A DNA stretch of 64,000 nucleotides. Origin: an uncultured Desulfospira sp. Lineage in GTDB: Bacteria; Desulfobacterota; Desulfobacteria; Desulfobacterales; Desulfobacteraceae. The translations under genes were made by a program, and so were the position numbers. Numbering within the stretch: position 1 is the first letter of the stretch; the number at the start of each line of letters is the position of its first letter. Shown here piece by piece: positions 18,441 through 28,330 of the stretch. Where the stretch lies: assembly GCA_963663165.1 (NCBI GenBank), contig OY760175.1, positions 2,560,001-2,624,000 on the forward strand, written 5' to 3'. The notes under the pieces are model-generated. The model was not told the origin of the DNA. It did no database searches and worked only from the letters and a program-made list of their open reading frames with translations.

Positions 18441-19979
18441 CCCTACAACGTAACTTAGGGTGTATTCTTTCTATCAAGAAGCCTCCTTTTTCGATGCGAT
18501 AGATATGCAGCGTGATTGCGCCTTTGGTAATACAAAACCGATTGTATAACGGTATGAAAATGACAAGGTCTCAATGGCAAAACCACCTCCATTAGTATTC
18601 TAAGCTGCGACACTGTAATAGATGGAGCTTTTTTTTCCCATCCTGATTTTCAGGTGCCACAAGAAAAAATGTGCAAGCATGCACGTTATTATATGATGAT
18701 TCCAGCCTGGGTATTTACGGACCTCATAATGATCCATGCCAAGTTCAGTCTTGGTTTCCTCAAAACACTGTTCAATTGCCCAACGAATACCACTAAGCCA
18801 TACAAAAAGCTTTAATCTGGCACTAACCCCGGCATTGCTAAGGAAAAATTTATAATCCGGGGATTTCCCAAGGGTTCGCCTCATGATCAGCCACACCGAT
18901 TTTGTAGGCGTGTTTCCTTTGGAAAGTACCACTCGTCTTTTGGTAAATTCATATTCAATAGGTCCTTTGGTACCTTCAGATACTTTCCGGCGGTACCAGA
19001 AAAAATCATTTATATTTTTTGCGATAGTTTTGACATCGACCGGCTTTTTGGAGGATTTTTCAACAACTATTTTTGTACGCTGCTCTCCTTTGTATTTGTA
19101 AGTTTTTTCAACGGTAATAGGTCTGTTAAACCAGCATTGAGTATTACAAGGAACTTCTACAAAATAGGTCAAATCCGGATGTTGCTCAACAGCTTCAATA
19201 AAATCATCACTGTTGCCATACAATGAATCCGCGGTAACATACTTAAACGGCACGATGGCTTCTTCTGCGAGTTCGTTCAACATTTCGGAAGCCAATTGCG
19301 GTTTTGTCTTAAACGAAACAGACTCAGGCAGTTTGCACTTTTTTCTTCCCTGTTTGTGATCGTCTTTAAACCATAGTTCAGGTATAAACAGTCGTTTATC
19401 AATCAATCCGTAGCCCTTTGGGGAAGCATAGGCTGCAAAAACACCCACTTGGCTGTTTTCAACCTTGCCGACATTCCCGCAATATTGTCTGGCAACACCG
19501 ATGGATTCATTGCCTTTTTTAACAAAACCGCTTTCATCAAAAATAAGAACGCCATCAGGTGTCCCCATATCTTCATTTATGAGATTACGATACTTGGCCA
19601 TAATATTGGCGTCATTCCATTCAGCATCGCTAATAAAACGCTGCATTGCCCTAACATTGCCATCTTCAACGGCCAGAGCAATGGGTTCAATTGATTTTCT
19701 TTCCAGGTCACTAAATTGCCCAGCCATATACCTGAAAAAATGTTCCCTTGACTCAGAACGATGAAAACAGTCGTGGAAAATTTCATGAAACCCTTTAAGT
19801 TCATTGAAAAAATTTTTTACATCCCCTTCACAGATATCAAATTTGGGGATAGGATAAAGGTACTCATCTTTTCGGATTTCAGGCAACATACTCTACCTCC
19901 TATATAAAAGTTATATTGCGGAGTGTAGCAGATTATGTTACCTAAAACAATAATATTAAATATAAGTCACGTTGTAGGG
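18441..19979 (-). mobile_element. IS701-family element (1539 bp)
   Basis: 17-bp TIR CCCTACAACGT(A/G)ACTTA; TTAA duplicated at 18437-18440 and 19980-19983. Confidence 0.95.
18600..19889 (-). CDS. IS701-family transposase; C-terminus continues in another frame to 18455
   Basis: FDESGF.KKG..S.GVARQYCG, ADSLYG, RWAIEQCFEE.K.ELGMDHYEVR. Confidence 0.92.
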   Translation of the reverse strand: MLPEIRKDEYLYPIPKFDICEGDVKNFFNELKGFHEIFHDCFHRSESREHFFRYMAGQFSDLERKSIEPIALAVEDGNVRAMQRFISDAEWNDANIMAKYRNLINEDMGTPDGVLIFDESGFVKKGNESIGVARQYCGNVGKVENSQVGVFAAYASPKGYGLIDKRLFIPELWFKDDHKQGRKKCKLPESVSFKTKPQLASEMLNELAEEAIVPFKYVTADSLYGNSDDFIEAVEQHPDLTYFVEVPCNTQCWFNRPITVEKTYKYKGEQRTKIVVEKSSKKPVDVKTIAKNINDFFWYRRKVSEGTKGPIEYEFTKRRVVLSKGNTPTKSVWLIMRRTLGKSPDYKFFLSNAGVSARLKLFVWLSGIRWAIEQCFEETKTELGMDHYEVRKYPGWNHHIITCMLAHFFLWHLKIRMGKKSSIYYSVAA

Positions 19980-20020
19980 TTAAACATTGCTTAACAAACA
20001 ACGGATATTAAGGAGCCCCC

Positions 20021-20770
20021 ATGGCAAACACAAAAAAAGACTTATTCTGCCTGGTTACGCCTGTTTTTATCTTTTTGTTTTTGACGGTGCCCGTGGTTCA
20101 CGGGGATGGTATCCCCGAATTTACGATGGCAACAGAGGACTGGCCGCCTTACAATTTTAAGGAGGACGGTGTCGTTAAAGGGATTTCAACAGATACGCTT
20201 GTCCTTATGCTTGAGCGGACAGGGTCGTCCCAGGGCCGCAGCGATGTCAGGTTATACCCATGGGCACGGGCCTATCATATGGGCCTGAATCAACCCGGTA
20301 CGATTTTATTCACCACCACCCGAACGGCTAAAAGGGAGAATCTCTTTAAATGGGTTGGGCCGATCTTTGAAATCTATTTTTATCTGTATGCGTTGAAAAG
20401 CCGGCAGCTTAAAATTAATTCGCTTGACGATATCAAAACATTGAGAATCGGAACACACCTGGCGGATGCCGCAGAAGAGGTGTTGATCAGTAAGACGAAT
20501 ATGAGCGTCACTGACTTTGAGCGGGTAAGTTCAAATTTGAGCAACATGAAAAAACTGTTGCTTGGCAGGATCGATCTGATCTTCCAGAGCAGAGAAACAA
20601 CCATTAACACAGCCAAAGAAGCCGGACTCAACCCGGATGACTTTGATCCGGTTTTCCTGGTTGATCAAAAAGGGATGTATTTCGCCTTTCACAAGGATAT
20701 CCCAGATTCGGTGACAGCCCTGATGCAAAAGGCATTTGATGATATCAAAAAACCAGGGGGAACTATCTGA
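20021..20770 (+). CDS. Family-3 periplasmic substrate-binding protein; probable frameshift near the 3' end
   Basis: EDWPPYN, PWARA, GRIDL; signal peptide. Confidence 0.8.
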   Translation: MANTKKDLFCLVTPVFIFLFLTVPVVHGDGIPEFTMATEDWPPYNFKEDGVVKGISTDTLVLMLERTGSSQGRSDVRLYPWARAYHMGLNQPGTILFTTTRTAKRENLFKWVGPIFEIYFYLYALKSRQLKINSLDDIKTLRIGTHLADAAEEVLISKTNMSVTDFERVSSNLSNMKKLLLGRIDLIFQSRETTINTAKEAGLNPDDFDPVFLVDQKGMYFAFHKDIPDSVTALMQKAFDDIKKPGGTI

Positions 20771-20926
20771 AATCTTTCATCGTTATGGAAAGAGAACCGG
20801 TATTTAGTTTCTGAAAATCCCGTCATGATCTGGGCTGGACCCCATTTTGGGATCACCCTGTCGGTATTATCGGCGCCGATGAACGGCTAAAACCGATTCT
20901 GTTTCGGCCCGGCCTTTTCCAAAGAT

Positions 20927-21403
20927 TCATTTGGACGGCCAGATGGCCTGGCCCCGGGATGTAAACGAGGACCGGGCACCGATCATGATGGTCTCGACAA
21001 TGGGGGGATTGACCGGTTTGGCGGCCTTCCATTCAACGATGAAGTTGGCTCCGGACCCGCCGGCCTTGTCCTTTTCCGGGACAATGTACCGGGTGGATTC
21101 CAGGGCCTGGAGGGGTTTGGGGGCTTCCAGGTAACTTTTCAGCAGCTTTCCTGCGGTGTCATAGTAAGCCACCCGGGCAACCTCAATGGCATTGTCCGGG
21201 TCTGTATTTCTGATGCTCAGGGTAACGGCCAAAAGAAAGGGATTTTCCCTGTTGCCGCTGTAAATATGGGAGTAGGCCGGCACATAAAGGGTCTGGCCCG
21301 TACTCAGCCGGCCATCCGCCGGCTCTTTTGCATAAAGGCCGGACAGCGTTAAAAGAACGATTAATGTCGATAAGGTTACGCCGGTAATCAGGATTTTTTT
21401 CAT
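20927..21403 (-). CDS. DUF3124-family exported protein
   Basis: GQTLYVPAYSHIY, TLSIRNTD, GGSGANFIVEW. Confidence 0.85.
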   Translation of the reverse strand: MKKILITGVTLSTLIVLLTLSGLYAKEPADGRLSTGQTLYVPAYSHIYSGNRENPFLLAVTLSIRNTDPDNAIEVARVAYYDTAGKLLKSYLEAPKPLQALESTRYIVPEKDKAGGSGANFIVEWKAAKPVNPPIVETIMIGARSSFTSRGQAIWPSK

Positions 21404-21419
21404 GATAGTGTCACCTATT

Positions 21420-21452
21420 TAGCCGTTAGCTGTTAGCCATTAGCCTTTAGCG
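21420..21452. repeat. Heptamer tandem repeat (TTAGCNN)n
   Basis: TTAGCCG TTAGCTG TTAGCCA TTAGCCT TTAGCG; reverse-orientation relative at 47242-47285. Confidence 0.8.
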
Positions 21453-21705
21453 GTCCATGGCAAAGTGAACGTCAGGGGCGAATCATTTTACGGGGCTTTG
21501 GCGGGGCCTCAACAATGAATACCCTGATAAAAAGGAAATATATAAAAAATCCGTTCCTGTCAATCTGCCAGGCCGGCTGGTCCGGCGAAATCGCGTTTGT
21601 AATCCGGCATAATAGTTGGATGCTTTTTGTAAATTTAATGTAAAAAAAGGAAACCGGAGAAAAGGAGACGGGAGACCGAAACCGTCAAGTTCCCTGGTTT
21701 GAGCG

Positions 21706-21764
21706 GTAGGGTTGGAGCAGGCCATGCCCGCGATTCGATCGCGGGCATGGCCCGCTCCAACCTA
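21706..21764. repeat. REPIN-like hairpin (GTAG-type REP doublet)
   Basis: 25-bp stem GGTTGGAGCAGGCCATGCCCGCGAT / ATCGCGGGCATGGCCCGCTCCAACC (24/25), 3-nt loop, preceded by GTAG. Confidence 0.75.
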
Positions 21765-21820
21765 TCATCTGCAGAAAATATGATGATGGATACCGGATGT
21801 TGCGGTGGTGTTGGGCGCCC

Positions 21821-21848
21821 GTAGGGGCGATTCATGAATCACCCTTAC
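21821..21848. repeat. GTAG-type REP palindrome
   Basis: GTAGGGGCGATTCATGAATCACCCTTAC. Confidence 0.75.
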
Positions 21849-21882
21849 ATGAATAACCACTAGATGGGACACTGATGAATAG

Positions 21883-22014
21883 TTACCTTTGCTCAAGATA
21901 CCGACTGATTCCTTTGATGTTGTTACCGATAAAATACGCTTCTCTGATTTTGGTATGGTTTTCAAAATCCTCAAAACTCTTTAGTCGTTCATCTACTTTG
22001 AGCAGCGTCTTCAT
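21883..22014 (-). CDS. Possible 43-aa small protein
   Basis: MKTLLKVDERLKSFEDFENHTKIREAYFIGNNIKGISRYLEQR; AGAGGT upstream; below the ORF-track cutoff. Confidence 0.3.
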   Translation of the reverse strand: MKTLLKVDERLKSFEDFENHTKIREAYFIGNNIKGISRYLEQR

Positions 22015-22162
22015 GCTATTTTGAATTACCTCTTTTCTGTCTTTTAACGGATATTTCATCAAGTTTTTTAGGATAATCGGAGTCGCCTCCTAGCGGCGGG
22101 GTTGGACCAAGCATAATGCTGCGGTTGCAAGCCGCAGATTTAGGTCGTTAAAGTGTTGACTA

Positions 22163-22383
22163 TATAACTGCCATGGGCCACAAGCCCACAACGAATAATG
22201 AAACTGAAGATACCAGCAACGGTAGCCTATAAATTGGGCACCGCAGGTGCTTCGCCCTCTTGTCTCTTGTTTCTTGTCTCCAGTTTCTTATAACGGCCAC
22301 GGGCCGTCTTGGTTATCCAACCAAGCACCGCCCACAACAAATATTGAAAGTCTTCTCAGGACCTTAGTGAGACTTTCTTATAA
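22163..22383 (+). repeat. Two tandem TATAAC-bounded modular hairpin units (126 and 90 bp)
   Basis: Shared scaffold TATAAC-N-GCCAYGGGC..GCCCACAACRAATAWTGAAA..TTTCT; third unit inverted at 31127-31222. Confidence 0.8.
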
Positions 22384-22703
22384 AAGGCTATAAGTTCTTA
22401 GATTAAAATTTTTGGACCCGCCTGATGAGATTCAAATAGTGTAACGGTATTATAGATTTAAGACATCAACAAAATATCAAATTTTTGTATAATTTAAGCT
22501 TGTTGCAAGAGGGGGTCAATAAAAACAGAGTTGCAAAATAATGTAACGGGCTAAAAATAATTCAATAATGATCTGTGGTTTCGCGTTTTTCAACAATCAG
22601 TCAGGCAAAAATCGACATCAAAATATATAAGGATAAAATACAGGCAGGCCAACTTCGGCTTATACCAAAGTGACCTGTTGATGCAGATAGGTTGTGATAA
22701 GGA

Positions 22704-23366
22704 TTATTGGGGAGGCAGATCTGATATAAATTCCAGGGCAAGATTAATATCAACAAATTGATGATTCAGTTCCTTTGCTCTGTCCCGGCAGTCTGTACAG
22801 ATTTCTTTAAATTTGCGCATATCACCTTTAACAGACATATAAATCTGCTCAACGGCTTCCTGCTGGATGTCTTTGTATTCTTCAATGAAGTCCTCGACCT
22901 CTATGGGATACAAAATCAGGGTTTTCAAGCGGCTGAGTATATCAGGATGGTTCCGGCTCAAATAAGTTCTCACCTTCGGCAAGCCCGCAAATACGATGGG
23001 AACCCCGGCATCAATAATCCGTTTGAGATATGGCCAAACCCGGGCGTCCAAGTCATTAGCCTCATCTATGACGATAAAACAATTGGAGAGATTACAGATC
23101 ATTTTCAGGTACTGGGGAGTCCGGCGGTAAGTGGCAGTGGCCTCATAATTTAATTCCTTGAGTATTGCGGCCAGGGTTTCATGTATATTAAACAGAGACT
23201 CAACCCATACAGAATGGAGCTTTTTGGGGTGCAGCAATTTTAAAAACCGGGTTTTTCCTGCACCAAAGCCGCCTTCAATGAGGACGCTTTGGCCTCTGTA
23301 GATCCGGTTATAAGTGGCAGACAAGTATGAGACCCTTCGTTTATCACTGATAAAATCCTCTTTCAT
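22704..23366 (-). CDS. AAA+ transposition helper ATPase (TnsC/MuB/ExeA-like)
   Basis: GGFGAGKT, IVIDEA; coupled to the transposase by an ATGA overlap. Confidence 0.85.
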   Translation of the reverse strand: MKEDFISDKRRVSYLSATYNRIYRGQSVLIEGGFGAGKTRFLKLLHPKKLHSVWVESLFNIHETLAAILKELNYEATATYRRTPQYLKMICNLSNCFIVIDEANDLDARVWPYLKRIIDAGVPIVFAGLPKVRTYLSRNHPDILSRLKTLILYPIEVEDFIEEYKDIQQEAVEQIYMSVKGDMRKFKEICTDCRDRAKELNHQFVDINLALEFISDLPPQ

Positions 23367-24990
23367 GTTATGTCTCCGTGGGATGCATAAGTGGCTACAT
23401 GGTTTGTATTTAAAGATTTTTGGCAGTCGAGCATAAATGCATTGAACAGAGCCTGATTTTTACGGTCATCCGGCTGGTTCATCTTTTTCATGTAATCTGC
23501 GTACCTTGATTGATTATGCTTCAGCACTTGTTCCGCCCGGGCCAGGGTGATGCCTTTATGATAAACTTCGATTAAAACAGGCCGGTCAACGGCCATATTG
23601 TGCTTTTCTAAAAGAGCGATAATGGTGTCAAGTTCATCAGGCGGCACAGGCGAAGGTTCCGGTGCCGGCGGTCTGTCAAAGGGCTTTTTTGCAATGGCTT
23701 CGCCCAACAGTATACCGTCTTCATTTTGCTCAAAAATAAAAAGCTTGTCCTTGTATCTGGATATTTTCACCGGTGTGCTTTTATGTTTGCTGAACTTATC
23801 TGCACCACTGGTCACATAATAATCCCGCTTGTCATGACGGATGGTTCTGTTTTTGGATACGGTGGCTTTGATTTTTCTGTAGCCGTACTTCATATATTCC
23901 TGAACCTGGTTCGGGGTAAAAAGCAAGGTGTCTGCCCGGGTTGATAAAAAATCATCAAATTTCTGTGCCGGCACCCAGGCACTGACCACCCCGTCTTCGG
24001 TAAAATAATGTTGTGTATGATTATGAACGTTTCGGTAGTCGCTGAGCATAGTGCTGCTCCTTAATTCCTGAAGGCTGATATCAAGGAGGGTTACCGTAAT
24101 TTTTTCCTTTCTTCCCCGCTTGAAGTCATATTCGGTAACGGTTTTCACAATCCTGTCCTCAAAAGCTTTGATAATCCGTATTTCAAAATTGTGAAGGCTC
24201 CGGTGTGAAGATTCCAGGTGTGCCTTATCCTTGGGTGAATACACCCTTGAAAAATCCGCAGCCAAATAGAAGCCTTGCGGTGTAGAGTGCGCAAGGTTAA
24301 TGGCATTGATGGGACGTTTTAGGTTTAAAAAACCCTTTGCCTGGTCAGGCCTGATACCGATTTCTTGCAAAGGGAAAGGGGTACTCAATAAAAAACGGGT
24401 AAAAAGATCCACAGAGTTCAGGCTGCTTTCGGTAAAATAAAAGTCCAGGATAAACATGTTCCTGGAACCGGTATCAAATATTTCAATAACCTGTGGCTTT
24501 TGCCAGTTACCGTGTTCATCTCTGATCCTTAGATATTGAAATTTGCAGCCGTCAACCTGGATCAACGCAAATACCGGCACCGACTTAAAGGCATGAATTA
24601 CCGGGACCTGGTCCTGTTCATCCTCTTTTTCCAGGTAAAATTTAAGATTTTCCCTTTTGACGCATCGCCGAAGTGCATGAAGACTGATGGGTCTGCCCAA
24701 TTCCTGTTCAAGCCAGTAATGATAATTTTTAATGGTCCTGGCTTTCCGGGTGATAAAAATGAATCCCCGGGATGAGGGATCGCATGACGCCTTGACCATT
24801 TCAATAAACCGTCTTCTGGTTTGCTCATCTATTGCTCTTGGCCGTCCGCTGCACTTGCGGCCTTCCATAACTCCTTTTTCAACCAATAAAAGGGCTGGCG
24901 GGATAATTCCGGTTTTCTTGTACTGGTCCTTGTAATATTTTTTGGATCGTCTCTTGGCAGACCCGGTTTTATTCATGATTTTTTTGTGCA
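23363..24990 (-). pseudogene. Element A DDE transposase, main part; true N-terminus at 29239-29200 is separated by element C
   Basis: QVDGC..RPDQ..HLESS DDE triad; removing element C restores MNDLTIDDRFHLLL-HKKIMNK in frame. Confidence 0.85.
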
Positions 24991-25128
24991 TGAGAATGGT
25001 CACAAAAAATCATGGAAAAATTGAAGATAATTTGCAAGATATGTCAGGTTTGAGGCAGAAGTTCCCCTGTTTATCTCGCAAATAATCGTGAAACTCCTGC
25101 CTCCCCACCCAATAACAGGGCAGGAGAT

Positions 25129-25716
25129 ATGCTATCAGAAGTTCTGAAAAACGAAAGTTTTTTTTGGGATCTATACAAAATAGATCTGGCAACAGCCGAA
25201 CGTTATAGACAGATGAAGTGCCCCCACTGCCAGGGACCGTTGTATTATGCCAATTATCCGCGCAAACCCAGGGGGGAGCCTGAAGGGTTGTCTGAAGAAT
25301 GTTTTTTACAATTCAGTTTATGTTGCGGAAGGGAAGGCTGTCGACGTCGTTTGATCCCGCCAACCTGCCGTTTCCTTGGTAAAAACATTTACTGGTATGC
25401 GGCCATTCTGACGATTGTGTCCGACTGGCAGAACCAATCTGTAGGTATCACGATGTCCAGGTTTGCTGAAACAATCGGTATCTCCCGCAACACCCTTAGC
25501 CGCTGGGTCAGCTTATTCAAAGAAATATTTCCAACAAGCTCTCAATGGAAGAAAATCCGGGGCCGAGTACCTGCAAGCGTAAAAAATGATCGTCTTCCAG
25601 CAAGTTTGGTCAACTTCTATCTGCATCAACAGGCGTCCATCAAAAAAACGTTGATCTCCTGTTTGTCATTCTTGTCTCAAGGCAGTGAAATATCACAAAA
25701 AATAAGGGCCGGGTAA
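25129..25716 (+). CDS. Transposon-associated Zn-finger plus HTH protein
   Basis: CPHC...CC..EGCRRR; ISRNTLSRW HTH-like segment. Confidence 0.7.
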   Translation: MLSEVLKNESFFWDLYKIDLATAERYRQMKCPHCQGPLYYANYPRKPRGEPEGLSEECFLQFSLCCGREGCRRRLIPPTCRFLGKNIYWYAAILTIVSDWQNQSVGITMSRFAETIGISRNTLSRWVSLFKEIFPTSSQWKKIRGRVPASVKNDRLPASLVNFYLHQQASIKKTLISCLSFLSQGSEISQKIRAG

Positions 25717-25831
25717 TCTCACGCAGAAGATGGGCGTGGCCTTGGGCGCTCAACTGTTCTATCAAAGGGGCCGGGATTTTTATCAGCATTTCGCTGAAAA
25801 TTTTAACTCAAAATTGAAAGGACCCCGGCCT

Positions 25832-27277
25832 ATGAACAGTAAAAACCAAAGTCCGGTTGATAACTGGGCTTTGTTTCGCTTCTCAGTCGTTGGCGGTTTG
25901 CTGGCAAATCCGCCGGCCAAAGGTGAGCTGCGCAAGGAACTGGAAAAGCTTTCCTATCAGATTTACACCCATCCCATCACGAACGAATCAACGGTATTTC
26001 ATTTTTCAACTATTGAAAGCTGGTATTACAAGGCAAAAAATGCCCAGGACCCCATTATTGCTTTAGGGCGGAAAGTTCGTTCTGACTATGGCGGTTCAAT
26101 TGTATTCACACCTGAACTGATCCGGATGCTGGGCAGACAATACCGGACTTATCCGAACTGGAGCTACAAACTGCACGCAGATAATTTCGCAGCAGAACTC
26201 CAGGAAAAGGAGGCTTCAGTATCGGTACCATCCTATGCCAGTGTCCGGCGGCGGATGATCGAAAGGGGGTGGACCAGGAAGCCCTCAGCAAAGAAAAAAC
26301 AGACAGCGGGTATGAAAATTGCCGCAAAGCGGTTCGAAAGCCATGAAATCCGAGGATACGAAGCAGAATATGTTCACAGCCTGTGGCATCTGGATTTTCA
26401 TGAAGGCAGTCTGCGGGTGGTGGATAACAACGGTAACTGGTATACGCCCAAAGCCTTATGTATTCTTGACGACCATTCCCGCCTGTGCTGCCACATCCAA
26501 TGGTATTCAGGAGAAACCACCCAGGATTTGATTCATGGATTGACCCAGGCATTTTTCAAAAGGGGGCTTCCCAGGGCACTGATGACGGACAACGGATCTG
26601 CCATGACCTCCCATGAGTTTTGCAACGGTCTTAAAAAAACAGGGATACTTCATGAAACGACACTGCCCTACAGCCCTTATCAAAACGGTAAGCAGGAAGC
26701 CTTTTGGGGAACCCTTGAAGGCAGATTGATGGCCATGCTGACCCGGGTGGACCCTCTGACACTGGAATATCTCAATCACAGCAGTCAGGCCTGGGTCGAG
26801 ATGGAATATAACAAAACCAGGCATAGTGACATCGGCACATCTCCTGTTCAACGCATGCTTGAAGGCAAAGATGTTTCCCGGCCGGCACCGGATGAAGAGC
26901 AACTGAGGTTCGCCTTTACAGTCTGCGAATCCAGAAATCAGCGAAAATCTGACGGTACCGTGTCCATCAACGGGGTAAGATTTGAGATCCCTTCCCGGTT
27001 TCACCATATCCCTCGGTTACATGTCTGCTTTGCCAATTGGGATAAATCCATGGCCTGGCTCATGGACCAGAGAACCGGCAAACAGATTGCGCAGATCTAC
27101 CCCCAGGACAAAATCAAAAATGCTTCAGGAAAACGAAAGATCAAGTCGAGACCTGAGCATACCATTCTACCGGATGAAACATTGAAAGAATCCGAGCCTG
27201 CATTATTAAGAAAACTGATGGCCGAGTATGCCCAAAGCGGCATGCCTCCAGCCTATCTTCCCAAAGGAGAATCATGA
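25832..27277 (+). CDS. rve-type DDE transposase with Mu-like C-terminal domain
   Basis: LWHLDFH, LDDHSR, TDNGSA, PYSPYQNGKQEAFW; GAAAGGA RBS before ATG 25832 (ORF open from 25730). Confidence 0.9.
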   Translation: MNSKNQSPVDNWALFRFSVVGGLLANPPAKGELRKELEKLSYQIYTHPITNESTVFHFSTIESWYYKAKNAQDPIIALGRKVRSDYGGSIVFTPELIRMLGRQYRTYPNWSYKLHADNFAAELQEKEASVSVPSYASVRRRMIERGWTRKPSAKKKQTAGMKIAAKRFESHEIRGYEAEYVHSLWHLDFHEGSLRVVDNNGNWYTPKALCILDDHSRLCCHIQWYSGETTQDLIHGLTQAFFKRGLPRALMTDNGSAMTSHEFCNGLKKTGILHETTLPYSPYQNGKQEAFWGTLEGRLMAMLTRVDPLTLEYLNHSSQAWVEMEYNKTRHSDIGTSPVQRMLEGKDVSRPAPDEEQLRFAFTVCESRNQRKSDGTVSINGVRFEIPSRFHHIPRLHVCFANWDKSMAWLMDQRTGKQIAQIYPQDKIKNASGKRKIKSRPEHTILPDETLKESEPALLRKLMAEYAQSGMPPAYLPKGES

Positions 27278-28101
27278 ACAACAAACAGCTTCTGGCTTAT
27301 TACGGCCTTAAATGGAACCCTTTTTTTCCTAATATCCCCGTGGAAGCCTTATGGCATCCGCCATTGATGAACAGTTTTATTTTTCGTCTTGAGAATATGA
27401 CCCTGAACGGGGGCTTTGCTTTGATCAGCGGGGACCCCGGCCTTGGCAAATCCAAGGCGTTGCAGATGATTGCCCAAAAGTTCGGTAAACTTGACGAGGT
27501 AGTTGTCGGGGTAATGGAACGTCCCCAAAGCAGTGTCGGAGACTTTTACCGGGAAATGGGAGTTTTGTTTGGTGTCAATTTGAGCCCTGCCAACCGGTAC
27601 GGCGGGTTCAAGGATCTTCGGGAGCGCTGGAAAAGTCATGTAAAAACCACCTTGTTCCGGCCCATCCTGCTCATAGATGAGGCCCAGGAGATGCTGACCG
27701 GATGCTTAAATGAACTGCGTTTGTTGAACAGCGCGGACTTTGACTCCCAAAACCTGTTGACCACCGTGATTTGCGGCGATGACCGGCTCCCGGAACGGTT
27801 CAGATCAAGATCCCTGGTATCGCTGGGAAGCCGGATGCAGTTCCGGCTGACGCTGCTTCCCTATGTCCGGGATGACCTGCTGGATTACATGGATCACAGC
27901 CTGAACCAGGCCGGCGCCCCGCACTTAATGACGAAAACTCTGATCAGGACCCTTGCAGACCATTGCGCCGGCAACCTGCGGGTTCTTAACAATATGGCCG
28001 CAGACCTGCTGACTGCGGGGATTGAAAAAGAACTCAATCAATTGGACGAAAAGCTTTTTATGGAAGTCTATTCCAGACAGCCGCCCAATAAAAAATCATA
28101 G
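27274..28101 (+). CDS. ExeA-like AAA ATPase
   Basis: YGLKWNPF, GDPGLGKS, LLIDEAQ, GNLR. Confidence 0.9.
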   Translation: MNNKQLLAYYGLKWNPFFPNIPVEALWHPPLMNSFIFRLENMTLNGGFALISGDPGLGKSKALQMIAQKFGKLDEVVVGVMERPQSSVGDFYREMGVLFGVNLSPANRYGGFKDLRERWKSHVKTTLFRPILLIDEAQEMLTGCLNELRLLNSADFDSQNLLTTVICGDDRLPERFRSRSLVSLGSRMQFRLTLLPYVRDDLLDYMDHSLNQAGAPHLMTKTLIRTLADHCAGNLRVLNNMAADLLTAGIEKELNQLDEKLFMEVYSRQPPNKKS

Positions 28102-28110
28102 GAGAACAAT

Positions 28111-28293
28111 ATGGGTATTTATGATGATCCGGACATGAAACTGGAAGAAATCACACAGGAATTGGAACATTTTATCCTGGATATGGTCCTTGCCGGACTT
28201 GAAAGCTTGAATATGGAATATCGGGCCTTCAGGCGATTCCAGAAACAAAGGCTCACGGAAAAGAACCGTCATAAAGAACACGAGCCGTTTTGA
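28111..28293 (+). CDS. Small hypothetical protein (60 aa)
   Basis: AGGAG RBS; lies between the ATPase and the primase. Confidence 0.5.
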   Translation: MGIYDDPDMKLEEITQELEHFILDMVLAGLESLNMEYRAFRRFQKQRLTEKNRHKEHEPF

Positions 28294-28330
28294 ACGTACG
28301 CCCGGACTCCAAAGGTCCGGGCCTGCCTCA

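Noticed and set aside
22163..22383. Integron attC sites
   Set aside because: TATAAC/GTTATA recalls R boxes, but the units are not end-to-end palindromes, hold no ORF cassettes, and no IntI is visible
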